Shown one piece after another: positions 48,894-58,221 of a stretch of 64,000 bases of DNA. Numbering within the stretch: position 1 is the stretch's first letter; the number at the start of each line of letters is the position of its first letter. This stretch comes from Flavobacteriales bacterium (lineage in GTDB: Bacteria; Bacteroidota; Bacteroidia; Flavobacteriales_F; PHOS-HE28), in assembly GCA_038234075.1 (NCBI GenBank), contig JBBSUV010000012.1, positions 22,616 through 86,615 of the forward strand, given 5' to 3'. The position numbers were made by a program, and so were the translations under genes. The notes under the pieces were generated by a model, which saw only the letters and a list, made by a program, of their open reading frames with translations, was not told where the DNA came from and ran no database searches.

Positions 48894-49784
48894 ATGGACC
48901 TGATCATCGAAGGACTCAGCAAGACATACGGCAACGGCGTGAAGGCGCTGGATAACGTGAGCCTCCACATTCCAAAGGGAATGTTCGGCCTGCTGGGCCC
49001 CAATGGCGCGGGCAAGAGCACGCTGATGCGCATCCTCGCCACCCTGCAGGAAGCCGATGCCGGTACCGTGCGGTTGGGCGACATCGATGTGCTGAAGCAG
49101 AAGGACGAGGTGCGCCAAACACTTGGTTACCTGCCACAGGAGTTCGGCGTTTACCCCAAGGTGAACGCTTACGAAATGCTGGACCACATCGCCTTGCTGA
49201 AAGGTGTGACGGCGAAAGGTGAACGCAAGGAGCTGGTGGAGGCCCTGCTGCAGCGAGTGAACCTGTGGGAGCAGCGGAAGCGGCGGCTGAGCGGCTTCAG
49301 CGGTGGGATGAAGCAGCGCTTCGGTATTGCACAGAGCTTGATCGGCGAGCCGAAGCTCATCATCGTGGACGAGCCCACTGCGGGCCTCGACCCCGGCGAG
49401 CGTAACCGCTTCTACAACCTGCTTACGGAGATCGGGGAGAACGTGGTGGTGATCCTCAGCACGCACATTGTGCAGGACGTGAAGGAGCTCTGCAGCAACA
49501 TGGCCATCATCAACAAGGGCAAACTGCTCTATGCCGGTCCTCCGGAGGAGTCTTTGCGGAGCATCCAAGGAAAGGTGTGGGAGAAGAGCATCGCCAAGAG
49601 CGAGCTGGAGGGTTACGCTGCTTCGGGCAAGTTGATCAGCAACCGATTGGTCGCTGGTAAGCCGGTGATCCACATCCTGAGCGATGAACGCCCCGGAGAG
49701 GGCTTCGTCACCGCCGAGGCGAGCTTGGAGGATGTCTTCTTCGGCGCCATCAGTCGCAGCAACACTGAAACTGCTGCGAAATGA
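48894..49784 (+). CDS. ABC transporter ATP-binding protein
   Basis: GPNGAGKST, FSGGMKQRFG and IIVDEPT motifs. Confidence 0.95.
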   Translation: MDLIIEGLSKTYGNGVKALDNVSLHIPKGMFGLLGPNGAGKSTLMRILATLQEADAGTVRLGDIDVLKQKDEVRQTLGYLPQEFGVYPKVNAYEMLDHIALLKGVTAKGERKELVEALLQRVNLWEQRKRRLSGFSGGMKQRFGIAQSLIGEPKLIIVDEPTAGLDPGERNRFYNLLTEIGENVVVILSTHIVQDVKELCSNMAIINKGKLLYAGPPEESLRSIQGKVWEKSIAKSELEGYAASGKLISNRLVAGKPVIHILSDERPGEGFVTAEASLEDVFFGAISRSNTETAAK

Positions 49785-52700
49785 CACGGCGCTTCTTCCT
49801 CTTCGAAGTGCGCTATTGGCTCCGGCAGCCGATGGTGTACATCTTCCTGGTGATCATCGGACTGCTGCCGTTCTTCGCGGTGATCTCATCGAACGTCTCG
49901 ATCGGTGGCGGCATTGGCAACGTGTACAAGAACGCGCCCTTCGTGGTGTACCAGTTCTACGGTGCGATGTCCTTCATCGCTGTCCTGATGGTGACGGCTT
50001 TCGTGAATGGCACGGCGATCCGTGACTTCACCAGCGACACCGCGCAGATCGTCTTCTCCACGCCGGTCTCCAAGCGGAGCTACCTCGTGGGCAAGTTCCT
50101 CGGCAGCACCTTCGTTGCTTCACTTCCATTGCTGGGTGTTACCCTCGGCATCGTGTTGGGCAGCTGGTGGCCCGATCTGGATCCCTTGCGCCTTGGCCCG
50201 AATCTGATCCTTCCCCATCTGGAGGCCTTCTTCGTGATCGCGCTTCCGAACGTGTTCTTCACGGCGGCCATCATTTTCTCGGTGGCTGTGCTGATGCGTT
50301 CCACCATGGCCTCCTTCATCACGGCCATCGCGCTGTTCGTGGGCTATACCGTCGCCGCCAGCTTCATGAGCGACCTGGACAACCAGACCCTCGGCGCCAT
50401 GCTGGACCCCTTTGGAAGCGCGGCAACGGACCTCATCACGAAGTACTGGTCCGTGTCCGACAAGAACACGCGCTTACTGCCTTTGGACGGCTTGCTGCTC
50501 TGGAACCGACTCGCTTGGATCGGGGTCTCGGTGCTGATCTTCCTCTTCGGCTACTTCCGTTTCCGCTTCACTGATCGGGCACAGAAGGCCAAGCCGCTAC
50601 TGGCGGATACGGACGTCCGAGGTGTCACCGCTGTGGCGCTGCCCCGGGTTCAGCTTCACCATGGCCCTTCTGCGGCGCGCCTCCAGTTCCGTACGCTCTT
50701 CATGAGCGACTTCCTCGGCATGCTGAAGAGCACACCGTTCATCATCATCATGACGTTGGGCCTGATCCAGCTGTTCACATCGCTGGCATTCGTTACCAGC
50801 ATGTACGGCAATACCACGTACCCGGTCACCTACAATGTGCTCGATAGCATCCGTGGCAACCTGATGATCTATGTGATGATCGTGGTGACCTTCTATGCCG
50901 GGCAGTTGATCTGGAAGGAGCGCGACCCGAAGATGGACGGCATCATCAACGCGCTGCCCATGGCCACGCGCACAAACCTCCTCGCCAAGCTGGCGGCGCT
51001 CATCAGCATCGTTCTTGTGATCCATCTGTTCGCCGCCCTGGCGGGTATGACCACCCAGTTGCTGCATGGCTACACGCGGTTGCAGCCGGGTGTCTACCTC
51101 ACGTATTTCATCCTTCCGGGTACGCTGAACTTCGCCGCTTGGGCGGCCTTGGCCATCCTGGTACACGTGCTGGTGAACAATAAGTACCTCGGCTACTTCG
51201 TGTTCATCATCCTCTTCGTGCTGAACATCTTCGGCTGGCAGGCGCTGGATGTCTCGTCCAACCTCGTTAACCTGAACAGTTCCTCCGGTCTCACCTATTC
51301 GGATATGAACGGCTTCGGCCCTTTCCTCAAGGGCTGGCTCTTCTTCAAATCCTATTGGACGCTGTTCGCTGCGCTGCTGATCTACAAGTCCTACCTGTTC
51401 GTGGTGCGTGGTAACGACACGGCCTGGCGCTGGCGGTTCCATAATGCGCTGGGTAGGCTCAAAGGCTCGTGGCCGGTGGTCGCGCTGATCGCCGGTGCAT
51501 GGCTGGTGATGGCCGGTTTCGGCTACTACAACACCAAGGTGCTGAACACCTACCGCAGCAGCGATGAAACGGAGGAGCTGATGGTGCGCTACGAGAAGGA
51601 CTACAAGAAGTACGAGCACATGCTCCAGCCGCACTACACGGATATCTCCTACTTCATCGACCTGGACCCCGAGGCACGCTCCATCGTTTACTCCGCGGGG
51701 ATCGTGTTGAAGAACAAGCAAGCAGTGGCGATCGACACGCTCTACTTCAACGTGCCGCACCGGATGAATGTGATCCTGGACATCCCCGGTGCCGAGCTGG
51801 TGTTGAACGACACCGCGCTCGACCAACGGATGTACCGCTTGGCCGCTCCGCTGCAGCCGGGAGCGACGATCAAATTCACCTGCACGGGCAGCTGGCGGCC
51901 GAAGGGGATCACCAACAATGTGGAGTTCACCGGGATCGTGAACAATGGCAGCTTCTTCAACAACATGGACCTCCTTCCAGCGATCGGCTACGACCCGAAC
52001 GGGGAGATCCACGACCGCGAGAAACGTCGCAAGCACAAGCTGCCGCCGAATGAGCGCATGCCGAAGCTGAGCGATGATCCCGCCAAGCGCATGGACAATT
52101 ACATCCTGCGTTACAGCGACTGGGTGAACGTGCGCACCACCATCGGCACTTCACCGGACCAGATCGCGGTGGCGCCAGGCTCGCTGAAGAAGGAATGGAC
52201 CGCGGACGGCAAGCGCTGGTTCCATTATGAGCTGGACTATAAGGCACTGAACTTCTATTCCTTCCTCAGCGCGCGCTACGAAGTGTCGCGCGACACGTGG
52301 AAGGACCCGCTGGGCAAGGAACCGGATGTGGCGCTGGAGGTCTACTACCAGAAGGAGCACGGCGTGAACGTGCCGCGCATGATCAACTCCCTCCGCAAGT
52401 CGCTGGATTACTATACGGTGAACTTCGGACCCTACCGCCAGAAGGAAGCGCGCATCGTGGAATTCCCGCGCTACGCTTCCTTCGCACAGGCATTCCCCGG
52501 CACCATGCCGTACAGCGAAGGCATCGGCTTCATCACCGACCTCACCGCCAAGGAGGACATCGACATGGTGTTCTATGTGGTGGCCCACGAGACCGGGCAC
52601 CAGTGGTGGGCGCACCAAGTGGTGGGCGCCAACATGCAGGGTGCCACCTTGCTCAGCGAGAGCATGTCGCAATACTCCGCACTGATGGTGATGGAGATGG

Positions 52701-53395
52701 AATACGGGAAGGACCACATGCGGAAGTTCCTGAAGTATGAAGGCGATAAGTACCAGAATTCGCGGGGTTCCGAGGCGCTCGGTGAGTCGCCGCTGATGAC
52801 GGTGGAGGACCAGGGCTACGTCTACTACAACAAGGCCAGCGTGGTGCTTTACGGTCTGCGCTCCTTCCTCGGTGAGGACACGTTGAACAAGGCGTTCAAG
52901 TCGTTGGTCGACTCCTTCGGCTATGCCGATCCACCTTGGCCCACCTCGCTGGAGTGGTACCGCGCGGTGAAGAAGGTGACGCCGGACAGCTTGAACTACC
53001 TGCTGGAGGACGGCATCAAATTCATCACGCTGTACGACAACAAGATGATCGAGGCCAAGGGAGATATGAACCCCGACAGCACCTGGACCGTGACCCTGAA
53101 GCTGACCGCCGAGAAGGAACACGCCGACTCGCTGGGCGCAGGAACCTCCGTGCCGATGAACGACTGGATCGACATCGCCGTGGAACGCTGGCCCACCTTC
53201 GGGAAAGAGAAGGAGCTGAACGATGTTCCGCTGGTACAGCAAAGGCTGAAGATCCACACGGGCGAGAACATGTTCACCTTTCAAGTAGCGAAGAAACCGT
53301 CCGCCGTGGTGATCGATCCGGACCATCTCTTCTTCGACCGGCACCCCGACGACAACCGGATGATGGTGGAGTTGGAGAAGGTGGAGAAGAAGTAG
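49781..53395 (+). CDS. ABC-2 permease fused to M1 aminopeptidase
   Basis: Two multi-TM permease halves followed by AQAFPG and VAHETGHQWW...LSESMSQY (HExxH-18-E). Confidence 0.88.
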   Translation: MTRRFFLFEVRYWLRQPMVYIFLVIIGLLPFFAVISSNVSIGGGIGNVYKNAPFVVYQFYGAMSFIAVLMVTAFVNGTAIRDFTSDTAQIVFSTPVSKRSYLVGKFLGSTFVASLPLLGVTLGIVLGSWWPDLDPLRLGPNLILPHLEAFFVIALPNVFFTAAIIFSVAVLMRSTMASFITAIALFVGYTVAASFMSDLDNQTLGAMLDPFGSAATDLITKYWSVSDKNTRLLPLDGLLLWNRLAWIGVSVLIFLFGYFRFRFTDRAQKAKPLLADTDVRGVTAVALPRVQLHHGPSAARLQFRTLFMSDFLGMLKSTPFIIIMTLGLIQLFTSLAFVTSMYGNTTYPVTYNVLDSIRGNLMIYVMIVVTFYAGQLIWKERDPKMDGIINALPMATRTNLLAKLAALISIVLVIHLFAALAGMTTQLLHGYTRLQPGVYLTYFILPGTLNFAAWAALAILVHVLVNNKYLGYFVFIILFVLNIFGWQALDVSSNLVNLNSSSGLTYSDMNGFGPFLKGWLFFKSYWTLFAALLIYKSYLFVVRGNDTAWRWRFHNALGRLKGSWPVVALIAGAWLVMAGFGYYNTKVLNTYRSSDETEELMVRYEKDYKKYEHMLQPHYTDISYFIDLDPEARSIVYSAGIVLKNKQAVAIDTLYFNVPHRMNVILDIPGAELVLNDTALDQRMYRLAAPLQPGATIKFTCTGSWRPKGITNNVEFTGIVNNGSFFNNMDLLPAIGYDPNGEIHDREKRRKHKLPPNERMPKLSDDPAKRMDNYILRYSDWVNVRTTIGTSPDQIAVAPGSLKKEWTADGKRWFHYELDYKALNFYSFLSARYEVSRDTWKDPLGKEPDVALEVYYQKEHGVNVPRMINSLRKSLDYYTVNFGPYRQKEARIVEFPRYASFAQAFPGTMPYSEGIGFITDLTAKEDIDMVFYVVAHETGHQWWAHQVVGANMQGATLLSESMSQYSALMVMEMEYGKDHMRKFLKYEGDKYQNSRGSEALGESPLMTVEDQGYVYYNKASVVLYGLRSFLGEDTLNKAFKSLVDSFGYADPPWPTSLEWYRAVKKVTPDSLNYLLEDGIKFITLYDNKMIEAKGDMNPDSTWTVTLKLTAEKEHADSLGAGTSVPMNDWIDIAVERWPTFGKEKELNDVPLVQQRLKIHTGENMFTFQVAKKPSAVVIDPDHLFFDRHPDDNRMMVELEKVEKK

Positions 53396-53420
53396 TGATA
53401 GCTGCTTCATCTCCTTATTT

Positions 53421-53636
53421 CGTCATCGCGAGGAGTCTTCGGTCCCGGCCTCCGAGCCGGGAAGCGATCTTGTAAAAGAGAGGCGTCAGTGTGCTCGCCC
53501 TCTGAGCCGTGATCGCTGTTGATCATCACAAGGCTCCGCAAGACGATCCCGTTCCGTGCGAGATAGAGATCGAGCCCTGTGGCCCGAGATCGCTTCGCCC
53601 ACCCCGGCCTGCGCCGCGGGCGGGCTCGCGATGACG
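53421..53636. repeat. Inverted pair of 50-bp REP-like elements
   Basis: CGTCATCGCGAG...GAAGCGATCT (53421-53470) and AGATCGCTTC...CTCGCGATGACG (53587-53636). Confidence 0.75.
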
Positions 53637-53757
53637 TGCAGGATCGGCGGAAGGCGTTATCTGCGTCCATCTGTGTCATCTGCGGTTTTTCCCTTCTCAG
53701 CGGAAGAAAGCCATCCATGCCGCAAAGCACATCCGCGGATCCTGCTACCTTCGCCGC

Positions 53758-53927
53758 GCTGATGATCCCCGTCTTAACAAGCGGGGTTAAAAGGGAATCA
53801 GGTGCGATACCTGAGCTTTTCCTGAAGCTGTAAGCCTGAATGCCGAACCGGCAATAAGCCACTGTCAACCGCAAGGAAGATGGGAAGGCGCCGGAGAGGA
53901 AGGCGAGCCAGAAGACCTGTCACTAGC
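53758..53927 (+). ncRNA. Cobalamin (AdoCbl) riboswitch
   Basis: AAAAGGGAA-TCAGGTG..A..CCTGA, CTGTAA, GCCACTG, GGGAAG and B12 box GAGCCAGAAGACCTG. TACCTTCG promoter at 53746. A terminator-like hairpin lies at about 53942-54018. Confidence 0.92.
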
Positions 53928-54045
53928 ACAATGGATGATCGCTTCCAGGAAAGAGGCGTGCTCCTGTGCCCTCGGTCCGCGTCGGCATGTAAGCACGGTT
54001 ATTCCTGGAGGTTCTTTAGAACGAAACCTCAACAAGGAATAATCA

Positions 54046-55161
54046 ATGAAAACAACCGGACATCTTCTTACACTTCTCGCATTCTCCGCAAGCACTGCGG
54101 CACACGCGCAATTCGACATGGCCCAAGTGCAATACTGGGTGGGCGCAGGCGCGGACAGCTCCGTGCTCATAGTGGATTTCCAGGACGGCACCGATGATGC
54201 CAGCTATGCCTGGGGCTGGCTGCACAACGGCGGAACAGGGGAGGACATGCTCAACGCCATCGCAGCTGCCGACGTGAACTTCACCATCGACCTCACGGGA
54301 GGATTCCTGAACTCGGTCACCTACGGAAGCCATGCCGGCATCGGTGGTTCACCGGATTACTGGTCCACCTGGAGCGGAACGAGCTTAGCCACGCTGGGCA
54401 TGAACATGGGCGCTTCGGAAGAAGTCGGAAACGGCGATTGGTTCGCTTGTTCCTACACGGATTTCAGCCCGGCACTGGAGCCGACGGAACCCATTGCAGC
54501 AATGGACCCGTTCGGGTTCACCGCAGCGGATGTGACCTTCTGGGTAGGCACGGGATCCGACACAACAATGCTCGTGGTCGACTTCCAGGATGGTAGCGGC
54601 GCTTCCTCTTTCGCGTGGGGTTATCTGCATGATGCAGGCGTGACCGGTGAGACGATGTTGAATGATATCGCCGCTGCTGATCTCGCATTCACGGCGGTCA
54701 CTACAGGTGGTTTCTTGGGTGATGTCACCTACGGCGATCATGCCGGCATTGGCGGAAGCCCGGATTATTGGTCCACCTGGAGCGGCACCAACCTGGGCGA
54801 TTGGTCCATGAACCTGGGCATTGGTACCACACTCGGTAGTGGTGATCTTTTCGGTTGCTCGTACACGGATTTCGCACCGGCTATACGTCCCGGTTTTCCT
54901 GCGGCCGCTTCCTTCTCCACGGGTATCACGACCACGGTCGCAGCCTCATTCAACGTGTGGCCACAACCGGCCATCGACTTCTTGAACGTGAGCACCGACC
55001 GCGCAGAGCAACAGGAAGTGGCCGTGTATGATATGGCTGGAACCCTTGTGTATCAAGGGTCCGCGAATGGAACGGTGAGCACGGTCGATGTGCGTTCGCT
55101 GTCCGCTGGCATGTATGTACTGCAGCTCGGAACGGCCAAGCGTTTGATCGCAGTGCAATAA
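54046..55161 (+). CDS. T9SS-secreted protein with two tandem ~125-aa domains (putative B12-binding)
   Basis: Signal peptide, duplicated WVG.G.D...VDFQDG...WG..H...TGE.ML..IAAAD...GGSPDYWSTWSGT unit and a T9SS CTD. First gene after the riboswitch. Confidence 0.75.
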   Translation: MKTTGHLLTLLAFSASTAAHAQFDMAQVQYWVGAGADSSVLIVDFQDGTDDASYAWGWLHNGGTGEDMLNAIAAADVNFTIDLTGGFLNSVTYGSHAGIGGSPDYWSTWSGTSLATLGMNMGASEEVGNGDWFACSYTDFSPALEPTEPIAAMDPFGFTAADVTFWVGTGSDTTMLVVDFQDGSGASSFAWGYLHDAGVTGETMLNDIAAADLAFTAVTTGGFLGDVTYGDHAGIGGSPDYWSTWSGTNLGDWSMNLGIGTTLGSGDLFGCSYTDFAPAIRPGFPAAASFSTGITTTVAASFNVWPQPAIDFLNVSTDRAEQQEVAVYDMAGTLVYQGSANGTVSTVDVRSLSAGMYVLQLGTAKRLIAVQ

Positions 55162-55219
55162 GGGGAACAAGGGAGGGTGAAGCATGATCGCTTCTCCTCC
55201 CGCATTCCATTTCCATCCG

Positions 55220-57154
55220 ATGCTTCTTCGTCGCTTGTTCCTTCCGCTGGTGCTTCTGCCGGGTCTTGTTGCGTTCGCGCAGCAACCCACGGACACCGTG
55301 CGATTGGTGCCGGTGGTGATCAGCGCGGAGCGGCTCACCGATTTCGATGCAGGCGTGAAAGTGCAGCGGATCGACAGCGCGACGTTGGCCCGCTACCAGT
55401 TCACGGACCTCGGCGATCTGCTGAGCAACGAAAGCCCGATCTTCATCAAGTCCTACGGCTTGGGCAGCTTGGCCACCACCTCCTTTCGTGGCGGCAGCGC
55501 GAACCAGACGGCCATTCTTTGGAACGGCTTCAACCTCGGCAGCCCGATGAACGGGACGCTCGACCTATCGTTGGTGCCGGTGAGCTTAGCCAACAACGTG
55601 AGCATCCAGTATGGCGGTGCCGGCGCCCTGTGGGGAAGCGGTGCCGTGGGCGGAGCGGTGCTGCTCAACTCGGAACCGGTGTTCGATCAAGGACTGACGG
55701 TGGACGCGGGTGCATCCTTCGGCAGCTTCAGTGATCGGCGACAGCACGTCGGCCTTTCCTTCAGCAAGAAGAAATGGATCGCATCGATCCGCGGGTACAA
55801 CATCACGGCACGTAATGATTTTTCGTTCCGTGACAACACGTTGATCGGAGAGCGAGAGCGGCGCCAACTCAACGCGGAACTCGCGCAGCACGGGATCATC
55901 GCGGAGAATTATTACCGCATCAACACACGGCAGAAGATCAACCTGCGGCTCTGGTACGCCGATGGCGAACGCCAGATCCCGCCGACACTCCTGCAGGACA
56001 ACAGCACGGACCACCAGCAGGACCGCAGCTTCCGGGCAACTTCGGAATGGCAGCGCACCGGTGATAAGGTCACCAGCTTCGTGCGCGCTGCTTGGTTTGA
56101 TGAGCAACTGTGGTGGCATGGCGCAGGCTTCGATAGTGCGGCATTCAGTCATTCCCGCACGGTGATCGCGGAAGCGGAAATGCGGTTCCGGTTGAAAGAG
56201 CGGCAACTGCTTTCGATCGGCATCAACAACACGTTCGCGGAAGCGCTTTCGGACGGTTATCCGGAGCGGCCTCAACAGAACCGCACCGCGCTTTTTGCTT
56301 CTTACCGCATCACGACCAAGGATCAGCGTTCCGTTACTACGGCCTCGCTGCGGCAGGAGATGGTGGCACAGGAACTTGTGCCGTTCACCTGGTCGCTCGG
56401 GAGTGAATTCAAACTGCATCAAGGACTGACCGCCAAGGCGAACTTGTCGCGGGTGTACCGCATCCCCACCTTCAACGACCTCTATTGGCAGCCCGGCGGA
56501 AACCCGGATCTGCTTCCGGAAAGCGGCTACAGCGGCGAGATCGGATTGGCTGCAAGGACCGATGCGAAAAGGCCCGTATCGTTCAGCGGTGAAGCCACGT
56601 GGTTCCAGCGCACGATGGACAACTGGATCATCTGGCTGCCGGACGGCGCATACTGGAGTCCGCAGAACTTGATGAACGTGTGGAGCCGTGGCGTGGAACT
56701 TCGCGGTGGCCTGGCCTGGCGCGTGAAGAGCACCACCATCAAGCTGGACGTGATGACGAACTATGTGGTCTCCACCAACGAAAAGGCGAAGTCCGTGAAC
56801 GATGCTTCGGTGGACAAGCAGCTGATCTATGTGCCGATGTACAGCGGCCATGGAACGCTCTCCGTGGGTTGGAAGGACCTTACTGTTTCCGGCAGTACAC
56901 ACTACACTGGCTATCGCTACACCAGTGCGGACAACCGGCAATTCCTCAAGCCTTACCTGCTGGTTGACGCGGCGCTTTCCTATCGCCTCGCGTCGGGCAC
57001 CAAGTACGTGCTCGCGCTCACCGCGCAAGGCTTCAACCTGCTTGACGAGACTTACCAAGTGATGCTGAACCGGCCCATGCCGCTGCGCAATTTCCAAGTG
57101 GGTATCAGCCTGCGGTTCAATCCACCCGTCAGGTCAGCTGTAGAAACGAAATGA
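55220..57154 (+). CDS. btuB: TonB-dependent receptor, BtuB-like
   Basis: Plug (SFRGGSANQTAILWNG, YGGAGALWGSGAVGG), PTFNDLYW and NPDLLPE motifs. Located in a cobalamin riboswitch operon. Confidence 0.85.
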   Translation: MLLRRLFLPLVLLPGLVAFAQQPTDTVRLVPVVISAERLTDFDAGVKVQRIDSATLARYQFTDLGDLLSNESPIFIKSYGLGSLATTSFRGGSANQTAILWNGFNLGSPMNGTLDLSLVPVSLANNVSIQYGGAGALWGSGAVGGAVLLNSEPVFDQGLTVDAGASFGSFSDRRQHVGLSFSKKKWIASIRGYNITARNDFSFRDNTLIGERERRQLNAELAQHGIIAENYYRINTRQKINLRLWYADGERQIPPTLLQDNSTDHQQDRSFRATSEWQRTGDKVTSFVRAAWFDEQLWWHGAGFDSAAFSHSRTVIAEAEMRFRLKERQLLSIGINNTFAEALSDGYPERPQQNRTALFASYRITTKDQRSVTTASLRQEMVAQELVPFTWSLGSEFKLHQGLTAKANLSRVYRIPTFNDLYWQPGGNPDLLPESGYSGEIGLAARTDAKRPVSFSGEATWFQRTMDNWIIWLPDGAYWSPQNLMNVWSRGVELRGGLAWRVKSTTIKLDVMTNYVVSTNEKAKSVNDASVDKQLIYVPMYSGHGTLSVGWKDLTVSGSTHYTGYRYTSADNRQFLKPYLLVDAALSYRLASGTKYVLALTAQGFNLLDETYQVMLNRPMPLRNFQVGISLRFNPPVRSAVETK

Positions 57155-58212
57155 TCATGAGCTCACTACGAAAGATGACAAGGAAGTCCGCGCTGACGTT
57201 CGGCATGATCGCGTTGCTCGCCTTCACCGGCTGCCGTAAGGACAAGCCGGAAAGTCCCGTGGACGAACCTGTCACCCTTGGCAACGGCCGCGGCGTGTAC
57301 ATCACCAACGAGGGCAACTTCCAATGGGGCAATGCGAAGGTGAGCTACTATGACATCGCATCAGGCACAGCCACGGAGGACCTCTATGAACCTGCGAACG
57401 GCGTATCCATCGGTGACGTCTGCCAGTCCATGGTGCTCTATAACGGCAAGGGCTATGTGGTAGTGAACAACTCCGGAAAAGTGGTGGTGGTGGATCCGAA
57501 CAACTTCATTGCCACGGCGACGATCACGGGCTTCACTTCACCGCGCTACTTCCTGTCGGTGGGCAATGGAAAGGCTTACGTCACGGACTTTTATGCGAAC
57601 AGCATCAGTGTGGTGGACCTTGTGAGCAACAGCATCACCGGCCACATCCCGTCCTCCGGCGCGACACAGGAGCTGGTGTTTTCCAACGGCAAGGTGTACG
57701 TGACCAATGAAGGTCGGGGCGAGATCCATGTGATCGATCCTGCGACGGATGCCGTGGTGGATACGATCGCTGTGAGCCGCGGTGCCAACAGCATCGTGGA
57801 GGATGCCAACGGAAAGCTCTGGGTGGCCTGCACCGGCGGTGGTAGCACGCCACCTGCACTCGTCCGCATCGATCCGCAAACGGCGCAGGTGGAAGCCACT
57901 TTTCCCTACTCGAATTCAGCGAACAACCCGTGGCGGCTCAACATCAATGGAGGAGGGGACACGCTGTACTTTCTCCGGGGCGGCATCTACCGCATGGCGA
58001 TCACGGACACCGCAGCACCCACTTCCGCCTTCATCCCTGCCGACGGCCGCAACCTCTACGGCTTGGGCGTGGATCCCGTGGATGGCACGCTCTACCTCAG
58101 CGACGCCATCGACTACGTGCAGCGGGCTGTTGTCTACCGTTACCGGCCAGATGGCAGCTTGCTGAACACCTTCCACGCTGGGTCGATACCGGGGAGCTTT
58201 TGCTTTCGGTGA
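57151..58212 (+). CDS. BtuG-like YncE/DUF5074 beta-propeller lipoprotein
   Basis: Lipobox FTGC, YITNEGNFQWGNA, IGDVCQSM, SPRYF and YGLGVDP motifs. Directly after btuB. Confidence 0.85.
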   Translation: MIMSSLRKMTRKSALTFGMIALLAFTGCRKDKPESPVDEPVTLGNGRGVYITNEGNFQWGNAKVSYYDIASGTATEDLYEPANGVSIGDVCQSMVLYNGKGYVVVNNSGKVVVVDPNNFIATATITGFTSPRYFLSVGNGKAYVTDFYANSISVVDLVSNSITGHIPSSGATQELVFSNGKVYVTNEGRGEIHVIDPATDAVVDTIAVSRGANSIVEDANGKLWVACTGGGSTPPALVRIDPQTAQVEATFPYSNSANNPWRLNINGGGDTLYFLRGGIYRMAITDTAAPTSAFIPADGRNLYGLGVDPVDGTLYLSDAIDYVQRAVVYRYRPDGSLLNTFHAGSIPGSFCFR

Positions 58213-58221
58213 GAGGCGTGA

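Noticed and set aside
37064-57097. Other long antisense ORFs (37064-38302, 41232-42506, 43697-44974, 48795-49787, 50597-53410, 55586-57097)
   Set aside because: Each lies opposite a well-supported gene and has no recognisable motif.
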